In this document: positions 48,424 through 57,850 of the stretch, piece after piece
How the letters are laid out: each line of letters begins with the position of its first letter
Numbering within the stretch: position 1 is the stretch's first letter
Position numbers and translations under genes: made by a program
The notes under the pieces: generated by a model
Databases searched by the model: none
What the model was told of the DNA's origin: nothing
Seen by the model: only the letters and a program-made list of their open reading frames with translations
Origin: an uncultured Desulfobacter sp.
GTDB taxonomy: Bacteria > Desulfobacterota > Desulfobacteria > Desulfobacterales > Desulfobacteraceae
Direction: 5' to 3'
DNA length: 64,000 nucleotides
Assembly: GCA_963665095.1 (NCBI GenBank)
Contig: OY762069.1
Span: 1,376,001-1,440,000, forward strand

Positions 48424-50151
48424 ATGGTACAGGAAAACCAAAAAACTGAAAACGGTACGGAAACACAAGAACGGGAAACCAGACTTCTGCGTGGGGAGTT
48501 CTTGAACTACCGCAGAATCTGGCTGCTCTCTTTTGTGCTGACCGCAGCCTTTGCCATAATTCCTGTGATTTTTTTTGCTGTCATTGATTATAACCTGACC
48601 CGGGGCTCCCTTGAAAATGATGCCGAGGCCCGTGCTTCCCGCCTGGCCTCAAACACCTGGCGTTCAATCTCCTTTTTTCTGGATGAACGTAAGAATGCCT
48701 TGAGCTATGTGGTCCGGGCCGATGCGTTTGAAGATCTGTGCGCACCAAAGCGTCTTGCTGATATTTTATCCAACCTGCACAAAAGCTTTGGCGGGTTTAC
48801 GGACATCGGCATTATTGATGCGTCAGGGGTTCAGCAGGCCTATGCCGGACCCTACAACCTGGCTGGGAAAAACTATAAGGACCAGCAGTGGTTTAAAACC
48901 ACCATGACCCAGGGGGCATCGGTCAGCGAGGTATTTCTGGGATACAGAAATGTGCCTCACATCTCCATTGCTGTGCGTCATGAAGCCCCGGGCAATGCTC
49001 ATTTTGTCATCCGTGCCACCATGGAACACCAGTTGCCCCAGATTCTGTCTCAGGTTCAGACCTGTTACTCAGGCGACGCCTTTTTGATCAATGCCCGGGG
49101 TGTCCTTCAAACCCCTTCCCGCTATTTTGGTGATGTGTTTGAAAAAACCAACATCCAATTGCTGCCTGCCACCGGAAAAACACGTACCATGTACTTGAAA
49201 ATGAAAGAGGGTGAGGATATGATTACAGCTTTCCGGCATATCCCGGAGACTCCTTTTGTCCTGATGATTCTTAAATCAAGGCAGGTACTCATGTCTCCCT
49301 GGCATGACAGTCAGGTGGCCCTGATTAAATATCTGGGTATCAGTATATCCATCATCCTGATATGGATCTGGGCTGTGACGGCATATTTAGTCCGGCGCCT
49401 GAAGAATCTGGATCAGAAGCGGGCCAAGTATTCCCATGCAGCTGAATATGCCAACAAAATGGCCTCCATCGGCCGTCTGGCTGCCGGCGTGGCCCATGAG
49501 ATCAATAATCCTTTGGCCATTATTAATGAAAAAGCAGGTTTGATTAAGGATATGGTCTACTTTAAGCAGGAACTGAAAGATGATCCGCGTCTGATGGAGA
49601 TTGTGGATATTATTCTGGCTTCTGTGAAGCGCTGTTCCAGAATTACCCGGCAGCTGCTAAGTTTTGGACGGCAGACCCAGACAGCATCCGAACCCTTGAC
49701 CTTGAAAACCGTTCTTGATGAAGTGCTGATATTTTTATTAAAAGAGGCAGAGTTAAAAAAGATTCACATTAACATTGATGTGCCTGAGACCCTGCCCCAG
49801 GTGATCGCAAACCGGGGAAAGTTGCAACAGATTTTATTAAATATTATCAACAATGCCTTTGCAGCCATGCCCCAGGAGGGTGCTTTGACCATTACGGCCC
49901 AGGAGACAGACAAGCCTTTTGCCCGCCTGGATATCAGCGACACCGGCTCCGGCATTTCACAGGAAAACCTTAAACAGATTTTTGAACCGTTTTTTTCCAC
50001 AAAAACCAATCAGGGCGGTACAGGCTTAGGTCTTTCAATTACCTATGGACTGATCCAGGAGCTTGGCGGAAGAATTGAAGCACATAGTGAAATAAACCAG
50101 GGCACAACTTTTACGGTATATCTTCCCATTAATCAAAAGAAAGAAGAGTAA
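48424..50151 (+). CDS. Sensor histidine kinase with periplasmic Cache-like domain
   Basis: Two TM helices, AHEINNPL, NNAFAA, DTGSG, GTGLGL. Confidence 0.92.
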   Translation: MVQENQKTENGTETQERETRLLRGEFLNYRRIWLLSFVLTAAFAIIPVIFFAVIDYNLTRGSLENDAEARASRLASNTWRSISFFLDERKNALSYVVRADAFEDLCAPKRLADILSNLHKSFGGFTDIGIIDASGVQQAYAGPYNLAGKNYKDQQWFKTTMTQGASVSEVFLGYRNVPHISIAVRHEAPGNAHFVIRATMEHQLPQILSQVQTCYSGDAFLINARGVLQTPSRYFGDVFEKTNIQLLPATGKTRTMYLKMKEGEDMITAFRHIPETPFVLMILKSRQVLMSPWHDSQVALIKYLGISISIILIWIWAVTAYLVRRLKNLDQKRAKYSHAAEYANKMASIGRLAAGVAHEINNPLAIINEKAGLIKDMVYFKQELKDDPRLMEIVDIILASVKRCSRITRQLLSFGRQTQTASEPLTLKTVLDEVLIFLLKEAELKKIHINIDVPETLPQVIANRGKLQQILLNIINNAFAAMPQEGALTITAQETDKPFARLDISDTGSGISQENLKQIFEPFFSTKTNQGGTGLGLSITYGLIQELGGRIEAHSEINQGTTFTVYLPINQKKEE

Positions 50152-50154
50152 CGT

Positions 50155-50526
50155 ATGCAGGTACTATTGGTCGATGACGAAAGAGAACTTGTATCCACAC
50201 TGGCTGAACGCCTGGGATACAGAGGTATTAATGCCGACTGGGCGGTGACCCCGGCAGATGCCGTTGCCATGCTGTCGGAACAAAGGTATGACATTGCTGT
50301 TCTGGATGTCCAGATGCCGGATATGGACGGATTCGAGCTTAAGGAAAAAATGGAACTTCTGCGTCCAGATCTTAAATTTATTTTCATGACCGGTCACGGC
50401 TCAGAGGAGTGTTACCATAAAGGATGCTCTGAGACCGGTGAGGCCTTCTACCTTGTCAAGCCGGTGGAAATTGACAGCCTCATTGAAAAGCTCAACCAGG
50501 TCATGCTACAGGGAGAAGAAGGTTGA
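50155..50526 (+). CDS. Single-domain response regulator
   Basis: LLVDD, LDVQMP, MTGHG, KP; no output domain. Confidence 0.92.
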   Translation: MQVLLVDDERELVSTLAERLGYRGINADWAVTPADAVAMLSEQRYDIAVLDVQMPDMDGFELKEKMELLRPDLKFIFMTGHGSEECYHKGCSETGEAFYLVKPVEIDSLIEKLNQVMLQGEEG

Positions 50527-51182
50527 ATCAGACAGTTGAACAAATTACACAGCAGTATGGTCTGGCCTATTTCGGCCGGATGGGGGCCAGCATCTCCCAT
50601 GATATTAAAAACTGCCTGGCCATCATCAATGAGAATGCGGGGCTCATGTCAGACCTGTTAATGATGGCTCAAAAGGGCGTCCCTCCTGAATTAGATCGTT
50701 TTTCAAACATTGTTCAGCGCATTGAAAAACAGATCGGCAGAGCTGATGGTATTGTCAAGTCCATGAACATGTTTTCCCACTCCATGGACCGGCCGGATCA
50801 GCAGATAGATATTGATGAGGCGGTAGGCTTGACTGTGACGCTTGGGGCACGGATCTGTGCCAATGCAGGCCTTGACATCGTCCATATCCCTTCTGCTGAA
50901 AAGCGCTATGTTAAAGGCTCTTTTTTCTTTATTTTATTCCTGATCTGGACAATTTTGGAAAATGCCACGGAAAACCTTGCATCCGGGGGCGTTCTCAATA
51001 TATCTTCAAAAGAGGATGATAACAAACAGGTGTCTGTTGCCTTCGAGTGTGACCACCCTTTCAGTCAGAATTTGGGCACACGAATGGACGAACAGGATAT
51101 GGTTCAGGTGCTTGAACTTTTCAAGGCACAGTTTATAGTTGATGCCCAGAACGGATCGGCAACACTTGTATTCAAAAAATAG
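50523..51182 (+). CDS. HisKA-containing pseudokinase / putative histidine phosphotransferase
   Basis: H-box SISHDIKNCL intact; ATP-binding G boxes absent; no sensor or TM. Confidence 0.7.
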   Translation: MNQTVEQITQQYGLAYFGRMGASISHDIKNCLAIINENAGLMSDLLMMAQKGVPPELDRFSNIVQRIEKQIGRADGIVKSMNMFSHSMDRPDQQIDIDEAVGLTVTLGARICANAGLDIVHIPSAEKRYVKGSFFFILFLIWTILENATENLASGGVLNISSKEDDNKQVSVAFECDHPFSQNLGTRMDEQDMVQVLELFKAQFIVDAQNGSATLVFKK

Positions 51183-51265
51183 GAAAATAATTAAAATTCC
51201 TTTGGCACTGGCTGTACCGGACCTTATAAGAGGGAATTTCACAATTTAAAAGGAGATCAAAGGCA

Positions 51266-51694
51266 ATGAGTGAAAAAGTACTGATCATAGACGACGAACA
51301 GGAGTTCATGGATGCCCTGGCCGAAAGAATGACGCATCGGGGAATGGACGTGACCACTTCAAGTTCCGCCATTGATGCCTTGCAAAGCGTTGAGGAGAAA
51401 TCCTTTGACGTGGTGGTCCTTGATCTGCAGATGCCGGAAATGGACGGCATAGAAACCTTAAAAATTTTAAAGAAAAAGAAACCTGAACTTCAAGTCATCC
51501 TGCTAACAGGCCATGCCACAGTTGAAAAAGGGATTGAGGCTATGAAGCTTGGGGCCATGGACCTTCTGGAAAAACCGGCGGATCTGACCACACTGACTGA
51601 AAAAATCAAAAAAGCACAGGCCAAAAAGATGATTCTGGTGGAAAAGAAAGCTGAAGCCCGGATCAAGGATATTATGGAAACAAGGGGGTGGTAG
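51266..51694 (+). CDS. Single-domain response regulator with short helical tail
   Basis: LIIDD, LDLQMP, LTGHA, KP. Confidence 0.92.
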   Translation: MSEKVLIIDDEQEFMDALAERMTHRGMDVTTSSSAIDALQSVEEKSFDVVVLDLQMPEMDGIETLKILKKKKPELQVILLTGHATVEKGIEAMKLGAMDLLEKPADLTTLTEKIKKAQAKKMILVEKKAEARIKDIMETRGW

Positions 51695-51738
51695 ACCCTT
51701 AAAAATCCGGCAGGCCCTTTGACCGAATGCAGGATGGG

Positions 51739-51768
51739 GGGGCAGAAGCATTTTTTTTCTTCTGCCCC
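51739..51768 (+). terminator. Hairpin closing the SulP/two-component cluster
   Basis: 10-bp stem GGGGCAGAAG/CTTCTGCCCC downstream of the last receiver gene; U-tract weak. Confidence 0.5.
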
Positions 51769-52032
51769 GCAGGCCTGCTTTTATCACCAATCCTTCCGCG
51801 TCAAAATCAGGGTAATAATATCATCTTTGCCCGTTTACAGTATTTGCGAAATCCGTTACAACCTGTCATCACCAGCCCGGGTTATACTGTCTTCCTGTAA
51901 ATAAAGTTTGTTTTCGCAACTGTTTTTTCAGCTCAAAAGCCCGCCGGGGTTGTTATTCTGCCTGGTTTAGTTTATATAAGGCACCGTATTTAAAATAAAG
52001 AAACTAATCAGGCACCGGGTTTTGTCAGAAAT

Positions 52033-52707
52033 ATGGAAATTTCAATAACTGATCTGTGTAAATATTTAGGGGTCTCCCGCACCACCATTGAACGCTGGAT
52101 TCGTCAGGGGAAATTTCCCGAACCTAAAAGAGGAAGTGCCTGGACCTTTCAGTCCATGGATTTAAAAAGATGGGCTTCCAAAAATAATATCACACTGAAT
52201 TTTGAACCACGCCCTGACCCAAAGTCCGGCACAAAACAGCAGGTGTCATTGTCAGAGGCGCTTGAAGCGGGCGGGGTTTATCACCAGGTTAGCGGCGGGG
52301 ATATTGCATCCGTTCTCAACGCCTGTATTGAAAAAATAGACGCTGTACAGAAAAAATTTAAAGCAGGACTCTTAGAACAATTAACCGAGCGGGAAGAGGC
52401 TTTGTCAACAGGAGTTGGCGGCGGTGTTGCCATTCCCCACCCGAGAACCCCTCTAACCTATCTTGCACAACCGGTTGTGGCGGCCTGTTTTCTCAAGAAT
52501 CCGGTTGACTACAAAGCCTTGGACAATCAGCCGGTATTTGTCCTGTTTTTTATTTTATATCCGGAATTAACATTTCATCTGCAATTGCTCTCCTCTCTTT
52601 CTTTTTGTCTGCGGAACAAGGAGTTCAGCCGGTTTTTAAAAACCTGCCCTGAAAAATCCGAACTGATTGAAAGAATTGACACCCTGCAGTTGTCTGAAAA
52701 AATGTAA
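52033..52707 (+). CDS. Excisionase/MerR-like HTH fused to PTS EIIA (Ntr/Fru-type) domain
   Basis: LCKYLGVSRTTIERW HTH; EREEALSTGVGGGVAIPHPR with the phosphorylatable His. Confidence 0.88.
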   Translation: MEISITDLCKYLGVSRTTIERWIRQGKFPEPKRGSAWTFQSMDLKRWASKNNITLNFEPRPDPKSGTKQQVSLSEALEAGGVYHQVSGGDIASVLNACIEKIDAVQKKFKAGLLEQLTEREEALSTGVGGGVAIPHPRTPLTYLAQPVVAACFLKNPVDYKALDNQPVFVLFFILYPELTFHLQLLSSLSFCLRNKEFSRFLKTCPEKSELIERIDTLQLSEKM

Positions 52708-52736
52708 GCTGTATTGCCGGGCAAAGACAATCTACC

Positions 52737-54464
52737 ATGCAGACTTTTAAGCAGACTTTATACGCTTTTTTTCAAAGATTTTTCTTTCTTGATGACCGAC
52801 TGGTACTCATGACCGCAGGGGCCGTGGTCGGTATCTGTGCCGGACTGGCTGCAGTTGCTTTGCGCCTGTCTCTTGCCACGGTTTTAGAATTTTTACAGCC
52901 TTACCGCCAGTATGCATGGGCGTTTATCTTGCCGGGCATAGGCGCGTTGTTCTCCTTTCTGTTTCTTGATAAAATCGTGCGTGAAGGTGCAGGACACGGG
53001 GTACCGGAGGTCATATATGCCGTATCCCGGCGGGGGGGGCTTCTGCGGCTCAGATCCGCATATTCCCGGCTGATCTCCAGTTTTCTGACCATTGCCAGTG
53101 GCGGTTCGGCAGGTCCTGAAGCCCCGGTTGTCATGAGCGGGTCCGCCATCGGATCCAACATTGCCAAGCTTTTAGGACTCAATGACCGGCAGCGCATGAC
53201 CCTTGTTGGTTGCGGCACGGCAGGTGCCATTGCCTCAATTTTCCACGCCCCTGTGGCAGGCCTGATATTTTCTGTGGAGATCATTTTAGGGGAATGGAAA
53301 TTTGTAAATATTATACCTATTACAGTGGCGGCCGTGGCTGGTGCCCAGGTCAGTGAAGCCATTATCCCCAAAAAAGAGCTGTTTCAGCACCATCCCTTCG
53401 ATATTGTGGCAGGGGATATCCCGGCAACCATCGCACTTGCCCTGTTTACTGCCGTGATATCTGTTATCTTCACACGCACCCTGCAAAAGGTCGGATCAGT
53501 GGCCAAAAAGGCCCCTGTGTCCCCCTGGCTTCGCGCGCTCATCGGAGGGTGCACCGTCGGCACCATGGGAATATATATGCCCATGGTATTAGGCGAAGGC
53601 TACCACCCCATCATGGAGATGGTGAACGGCACATTTCCCATGGCATTCTGGCTGATTTTCGCCGGTATTTTTGCCAAGATTTTTGCCACGGCCATGACCC
53701 TTGGCTGGGGCGGGTCCGGCGGCATTTTCGCCCCATGCCTTTTGATCGGCAGCTTGAGCGGAGTCACTTTTTATAAGGCAATGATATTTTTGTTTCCGGA
53801 GGCTGCAGTTGCGTCAGAAGGGGCGTATGCGCTCCTGGGTATGGCCGGCATCATGGCCGGTGTCATGCAGGCACCTTTGAGCAGTATCTTTTTGATTGCT
53901 GAAATTACCGGCGGGTATGAGGCTATCTTGCTTTTATTGCTTGTTTCATCTATCTCATCCACAGTCAGTCATGTGATAGAACCCTCTTCCTTTTACTTTA
54001 AGGACTTGATCGAACGCGGCGAGTTCATGCGTCCCGGAACAGATGCCAGGGTCCTTTCAGAGTTAAGTTTAAGTGAAATTATTGATACGAATTATTCCAC
54101 AGTATCTGAAAATATGGTGTTCAGGGAGTTTATCAACCTGATCCGCAGAACAAAACAGAACTATTACCCGGTGGTATCAGATGATACCGGCGAATACCTT
54201 GGTATGATACGGATATCCAATATCCGCCAATATATACTGGACCCTGCTTTCTACGATATTATTTTCCTCAACCAGATCATGGATACAGATATGATTGTCG
54301 CCTCTTTTGACGATGATCTTTCCGATGTCCTTGAGTCTATGGAAGCCTTTAATGAGAATCACATCCCTGTGGTGGACCATAACCGGTTTTCCGGGATGAT
54401 ATCAAAGGCAGGCGTGCTTGATCTGTACCGGCGGGAACTGATTATGCAGACAAACATACAATGA
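52737..54464 (+). CDS. ClC-family anion channel/transporter with CBS pair
   Basis: GHGVP, GPEAP, GGIFAP, C-terminal CBS domains. Confidence 0.92.
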   Translation: MQTFKQTLYAFFQRFFFLDDRLVLMTAGAVVGICAGLAAVALRLSLATVLEFLQPYRQYAWAFILPGIGALFSFLFLDKIVREGAGHGVPEVIYAVSRRGGLLRLRSAYSRLISSFLTIASGGSAGPEAPVVMSGSAIGSNIAKLLGLNDRQRMTLVGCGTAGAIASIFHAPVAGLIFSVEIILGEWKFVNIIPITVAAVAGAQVSEAIIPKKELFQHHPFDIVAGDIPATIALALFTAVISVIFTRTLQKVGSVAKKAPVSPWLRALIGGCTVGTMGIYMPMVLGEGYHPIMEMVNGTFPMAFWLIFAGIFAKIFATAMTLGWGGSGGIFAPCLLIGSLSGVTFYKAMIFLFPEAAVASEGAYALLGMAGIMAGVMQAPLSSIFLIAEITGGYEAILLLLLVSSISSTVSHVIEPSSFYFKDLIERGEFMRPGTDARVLSELSLSEIIDTNYSTVSENMVFREFINLIRRTKQNYYPVVSDDTGEYLGMIRISNIRQYILDPAFYDIIFLNQIMDTDMIVASFDDDLSDVLESMEAFNENHIPVVDHNRFSGMISKAGVLDLYRRELIMQTNIQ

Positions 54465-54539
54465 CACTGGCAGATGACCACAGGTGTATGACATATGCAA
54501 CATATATAACCGCATCACAGGCCTAAAAGGAGATTTTCA

Positions 54540-55373
54540 ATGAATTATAAACTGCTTCACATTTTCAGGAACACTCCCTTTGGCAGGGAAACCTTTCTGC
54601 AGTCTCTTTACTTTTGTAAAACCATTAAGGCCTATCCTGTGGTTTACATACCAAAGACTGACAAGTTTTTAATGTATTTCTCCAATGATGTGGTTCAGGT
54701 GAATCTTGACAGCTCTTTTCTGACCTTCCCGGAAACGGCCGAGCAACATGTCATAGAATTATTTGAACAGGCCCAGATGCCTGTCAGGTTTTATGAACCC
54801 AAAAACTATACCGCCTCAACCCTGCCGGACATCTCTGCACAGTTTGACTACCTGTGTTCTCCACGCTCAGTCAGCGACATGGCTTCCAAAATCGGCCTGG
54901 GCCATCTTGGCCCTAAAGTGCGCAGAATGATTAAGCAGGCGACATTTCCCATTTTGATTCCAAGCCCGGTGTTCAAACCATGGAACAGTATTTCTGTTTT
55001 CTTTGGCGGATCTGTAAATGCCGTGCATGCATTGACTTTAGGGGTAAAAATCTGCATTGCATCCGGTGTGCCATTACACATATACACTCTGATTGAAAAC
55101 GCAGATGAGGACGCCTATCGGAATATGATTGAGGATTTGGAACTTAAGGCCCTGGTGGACCAGTATGCGGAAAATTGGCATTTTTATGACAAATCCGTAA
55201 ATCTGGACCAGATGCTTTATGAAGTGCCCCATGACTCCCTGATTGTTCTTGGTGCCTACGGGCATGGTATGATTAAGGAAATTCTTCTTGGCAGCAAGAT
55301 GGAACATATCCAGTCCACAGTGACCAACAACTTACTGATTACCGGCCCTAACTGCCGGATCACTCTGAAATAG
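54540..55373 (+). CDS. Universal stress protein (USP) domain protein
   Basis: GGSVNA..AL, LIVLGAYGHG..LGS. Confidence 0.8.
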   Translation: MNYKLLHIFRNTPFGRETFLQSLYFCKTIKAYPVVYIPKTDKFLMYFSNDVVQVNLDSSFLTFPETAEQHVIELFEQAQMPVRFYEPKNYTASTLPDISAQFDYLCSPRSVSDMASKIGLGHLGPKVRRMIKQATFPILIPSPVFKPWNSISVFFGGSVNAVHALTLGVKICIASGVPLHIYTLIENADEDAYRNMIEDLELKALVDQYAENWHFYDKSVNLDQMLYEVPHDSLIVLGAYGHGMIKEILLGSKMEHIQSTVTNNLLITGPNCRITLK

Positions 55374-55484
55374 ATTCCCTGTTGGGAACAAATACAGTTT
55401 TTGGGCTTAAGTTGTCTTCATCTTGACAGCGGTTCTGGAAAAGTTGCATATTTGTATATGCAAAATTCATAACGGAGGTTTTTT

Positions 55485-55925
55485 ATGGACGCCCCCAGGG
55501 ATAATTTTCTAAATGCCTGCCTGTTTTTTAACTGTAATATTTTTTCAAGACTTCTCCAGAAACTGGCTGAAAAGGAATTCAAGGACCTGCCCATGTCCTG
55601 GGCCCATGCCACACTACTGCTCCATGTATATGATTCTCCAGGTGTCAGTCCCAAGGAATTAAGCCTTTGCCTGCATCTTAACCCTTCCACCATTACCCGG
55701 TTTATTGATGCATTGGAAAAAAAGCACCTGGTAATCCGGCAAACCAGCGGAAAATCGGCATTCATCCATCCGTCACCCAGAGGCCTTGCCATTAAAGGCG
55801 ATGTGGCACAGGCGTATAAAAACCTGGTTACCAGTTATACCAGCATTCTTGGCCAGGAAGATGCAGGGAATTTGTCTCTTTTGATCAGTGCTGCCAATGA
55901 AAATGTCAAAAAAGCATTGTCTTAG
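55485..55925 (+). CDS. MarR-family transcriptional regulator
   Basis: Winged HTH: EL..LHLNPSTITRFIDALEKK.LV.R. Confidence 0.9.
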   Translation: MDAPRDNFLNACLFFNCNIFSRLLQKLAEKEFKDLPMSWAHATLLLHVYDSPGVSPKELSLCLHLNPSTITRFIDALEKKHLVIRQTSGKSAFIHPSPRGLAIKGDVAQAYKNLVTSYTSILGQEDAGNLSLLISAANENVKKALS

Positions 55926-56080
55926 GCATTGCATAGAAATAAATTATGCAGATTGCGCCGAATTTTTATTCGTATTTAAGGCGGGGCAATGTGCGCATAA
56001 CGAGCTATGTAAGTGTTGCCCCAACGAAAAATACGGATAAAAAGGCAGGCAAGATGTGTGATTTATTTTTGTGCAATGCC
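55925..56080 (+). mobile_element. 156-bp MITE-like fold-back element with TTA flanking duplication
   Basis: TTA|GGCATTGCA...TGCAATGCC|TTA; whole element is an imperfect inverted repeat. Confidence 0.65.
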
Positions 56081-56105
56081 TTAGCTTGTCAAATACAGTA
56101 ACCCT

Positions 56106-56870
56106 TTGGATAATCCGATCTTGACTCTTTCTGATAAAAATTTCAGGATAACACTGTCCTACGACGGCACCCGGTTTTCCGGATGGCAACGGCAGACTGA
56201 CCAGCCAACAATTCAGGGAGAGATTGAGCGGGTGTTGTCTATGATGTTAAACCAAAAGATTCAGATCCACGGATCCGGCCGGACTGATGCAGGGGTCCAT
56301 GCCCGGGCTCAGGTGGCCCATTTTCATGCAGCGACCCGGCTGACAGCGGAAACAATTAAAAAAGGGGCCAACAACCTGCTCTCCGTCCCAGTTGTCATCC
56401 ATGACTGCCGCCGGGTGAACCAGGATTTCCATGCCCAGTATCATGCCCGATCCAAGGAGTACCGGTATTATATATTGAACAGGGAAGATCCCTGTTCCAT
56501 CGGGCGTGATTATGTATGGCACGTAAAACCACCCCTGAACATTGAAGCCATGAACCGCTGCAGTGAATTGCTTTTGGGTACCCATGATTTCAAATCCTTT
56601 GAAAATACTGGCAGCCCACGGACCTCCACCATCAGAACCGTTTTCATTGCCAGCTGGTCAAAAATCCCCGATGAGCGACTTCAGTTTACTATCTGTGCCT
56701 CGGGATTCTTAAAAAATATGGTCCGCAACATTGTGGGGACACTGAAAGACGCCGGTACAGGAAAAATTGATGTTCAACTGTTTAAGCATATTCTTGATTC
56801 ATGCCACAGGCCCCTTGCCGGTGCCACAGCACCGGCAAGGGGCCTGTTTCTGCACCAGGTGAACTATTAA
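56106..56870 (+). CDS. truA: tRNA pseudouridine(38-40) synthase
   Basis: YDGTRFSGWQ, GRTDAGVHA, GTHDF, FLKNMVR, APARGL. Confidence 0.96.
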   Translation: MDNPILTLSDKNFRITLSYDGTRFSGWQRQTDQPTIQGEIERVLSMMLNQKIQIHGSGRTDAGVHARAQVAHFHAATRLTAETIKKGANNLLSVPVVIHDCRRVNQDFHAQYHARSKEYRYYILNREDPCSIGRDYVWHVKPPLNIEAMNRCSELLLGTHDFKSFENTGSPRTSTIRTVFIASWSKIPDERLQFTICASGFLKNMVRNIVGTLKDAGTGKIDVQLFKHILDSCHRPLAGATAPARGLFLHQVNY

Positions 56871-57158
56871 CCCCCCTATCAAAACAGACTTAAATTGACA
56901 GCCCAAAAAAAACAGGCGTGATCATTGGATTTATGCTTGTTTCAGGTTGAAAAACCAAGCCGGATTAGTATAGGATAGCTCTATGCAAAAAAAATTGAGA
57001 TAAGGAGATGGCTCTCAATCCGGTACTCCTGTCCTCCTGTAAAAACTGTGAATACGAGAAAATCTCAAAATATTTAGAGAGTCATTACCTGAACAATATG
57101 TCCATGATCAGCGATCTCCAGGAACTATGTGAAGACAACTAAATAAGGAGGAAAGAAA

Positions 57159-57650
57159 ATGGTTAGAACGGAAATCTCCCTTTTTTTAAAAAATGAACCG
57201 GGTGAACTTGCAAAACTATCCTCACTTTTATTCAAGGCTGGGATCAATATTGATGCTCTGACCATACAGGATGCGTCCGCCTACGTTCAGGAACTGTTTA
57301 AAGCAAGAGGACGATCCATCAAAAGAATTGCCTCAGTAGCCAATTACAACTCTATTACAATGGACTCGCGAGAAGCTGCACTGATACGCCTTCTTGTGGA
57401 TAATTCAGACAAAGCTATAAGTCTTCTTTCTGAGAACAAATATATATATGATACCATGCCTGTGATTGCCATTGAGCTTGATAACCGTCCGGGAACGCTT
57501 GCAGAGTTTGCGGAAAAATTTGGCAAGGCAGGCATAAACCTGAATTATGTTTATGGTTCCGTTCAATCCCCTGATTCAAAATGCCTTTTTGTTTTTTCAC
57601 CTGACGACATTGATCTGGCTGTGGAGATATTTAAAGAAGAGAAGCCCTGA
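57159..57650 (+). CDS. Tandem ACT-domain protein
   Basis: NEPGELA..GINI and DNRPGTLA..GINLNY; AGGAGG RBS. Confidence 0.85.
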   Translation: MVRTEISLFLKNEPGELAKLSSLLFKAGINIDALTIQDASAYVQELFKARGRSIKRIASVANYNSITMDSREAALIRLLVDNSDKAISLLSENKYIYDTMPVIAIELDNRPGTLAEFAEKFGKAGINLNYVYGSVQSPDSKCLFVFSPDDIDLAVEIFKEEKP

Positions 57651-57850
57651 TTGCTTCAATCGGCACAATAAATATCATAAAATTACCATTTCTGCACCAG
57701 GCTGAGCTCTTAATTGGGCACATCCCAACTTGCAATATCGATATGTGTATCTTTATTCAACTGGAAAGACCGATAATGTATTATCCTCAGCGTCTGCTCG
57801 GTAGTGTGGAAGAACTTCTATTATTTGGAAGACGTATCACTATGGGAATT

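Noticed and set aside
51202..51220. Sigma54 promoter (TTGGCAC) before the last receiver gene
   Set aside because: No GC or TTGC at the -12 position
55925..56080. 6S RNA interpretation of the long hairpin
   Set aside because: No large central bubble, and TTA-flanked terminal repeats fit a MITE better; not fully excluded without an Rfam scan
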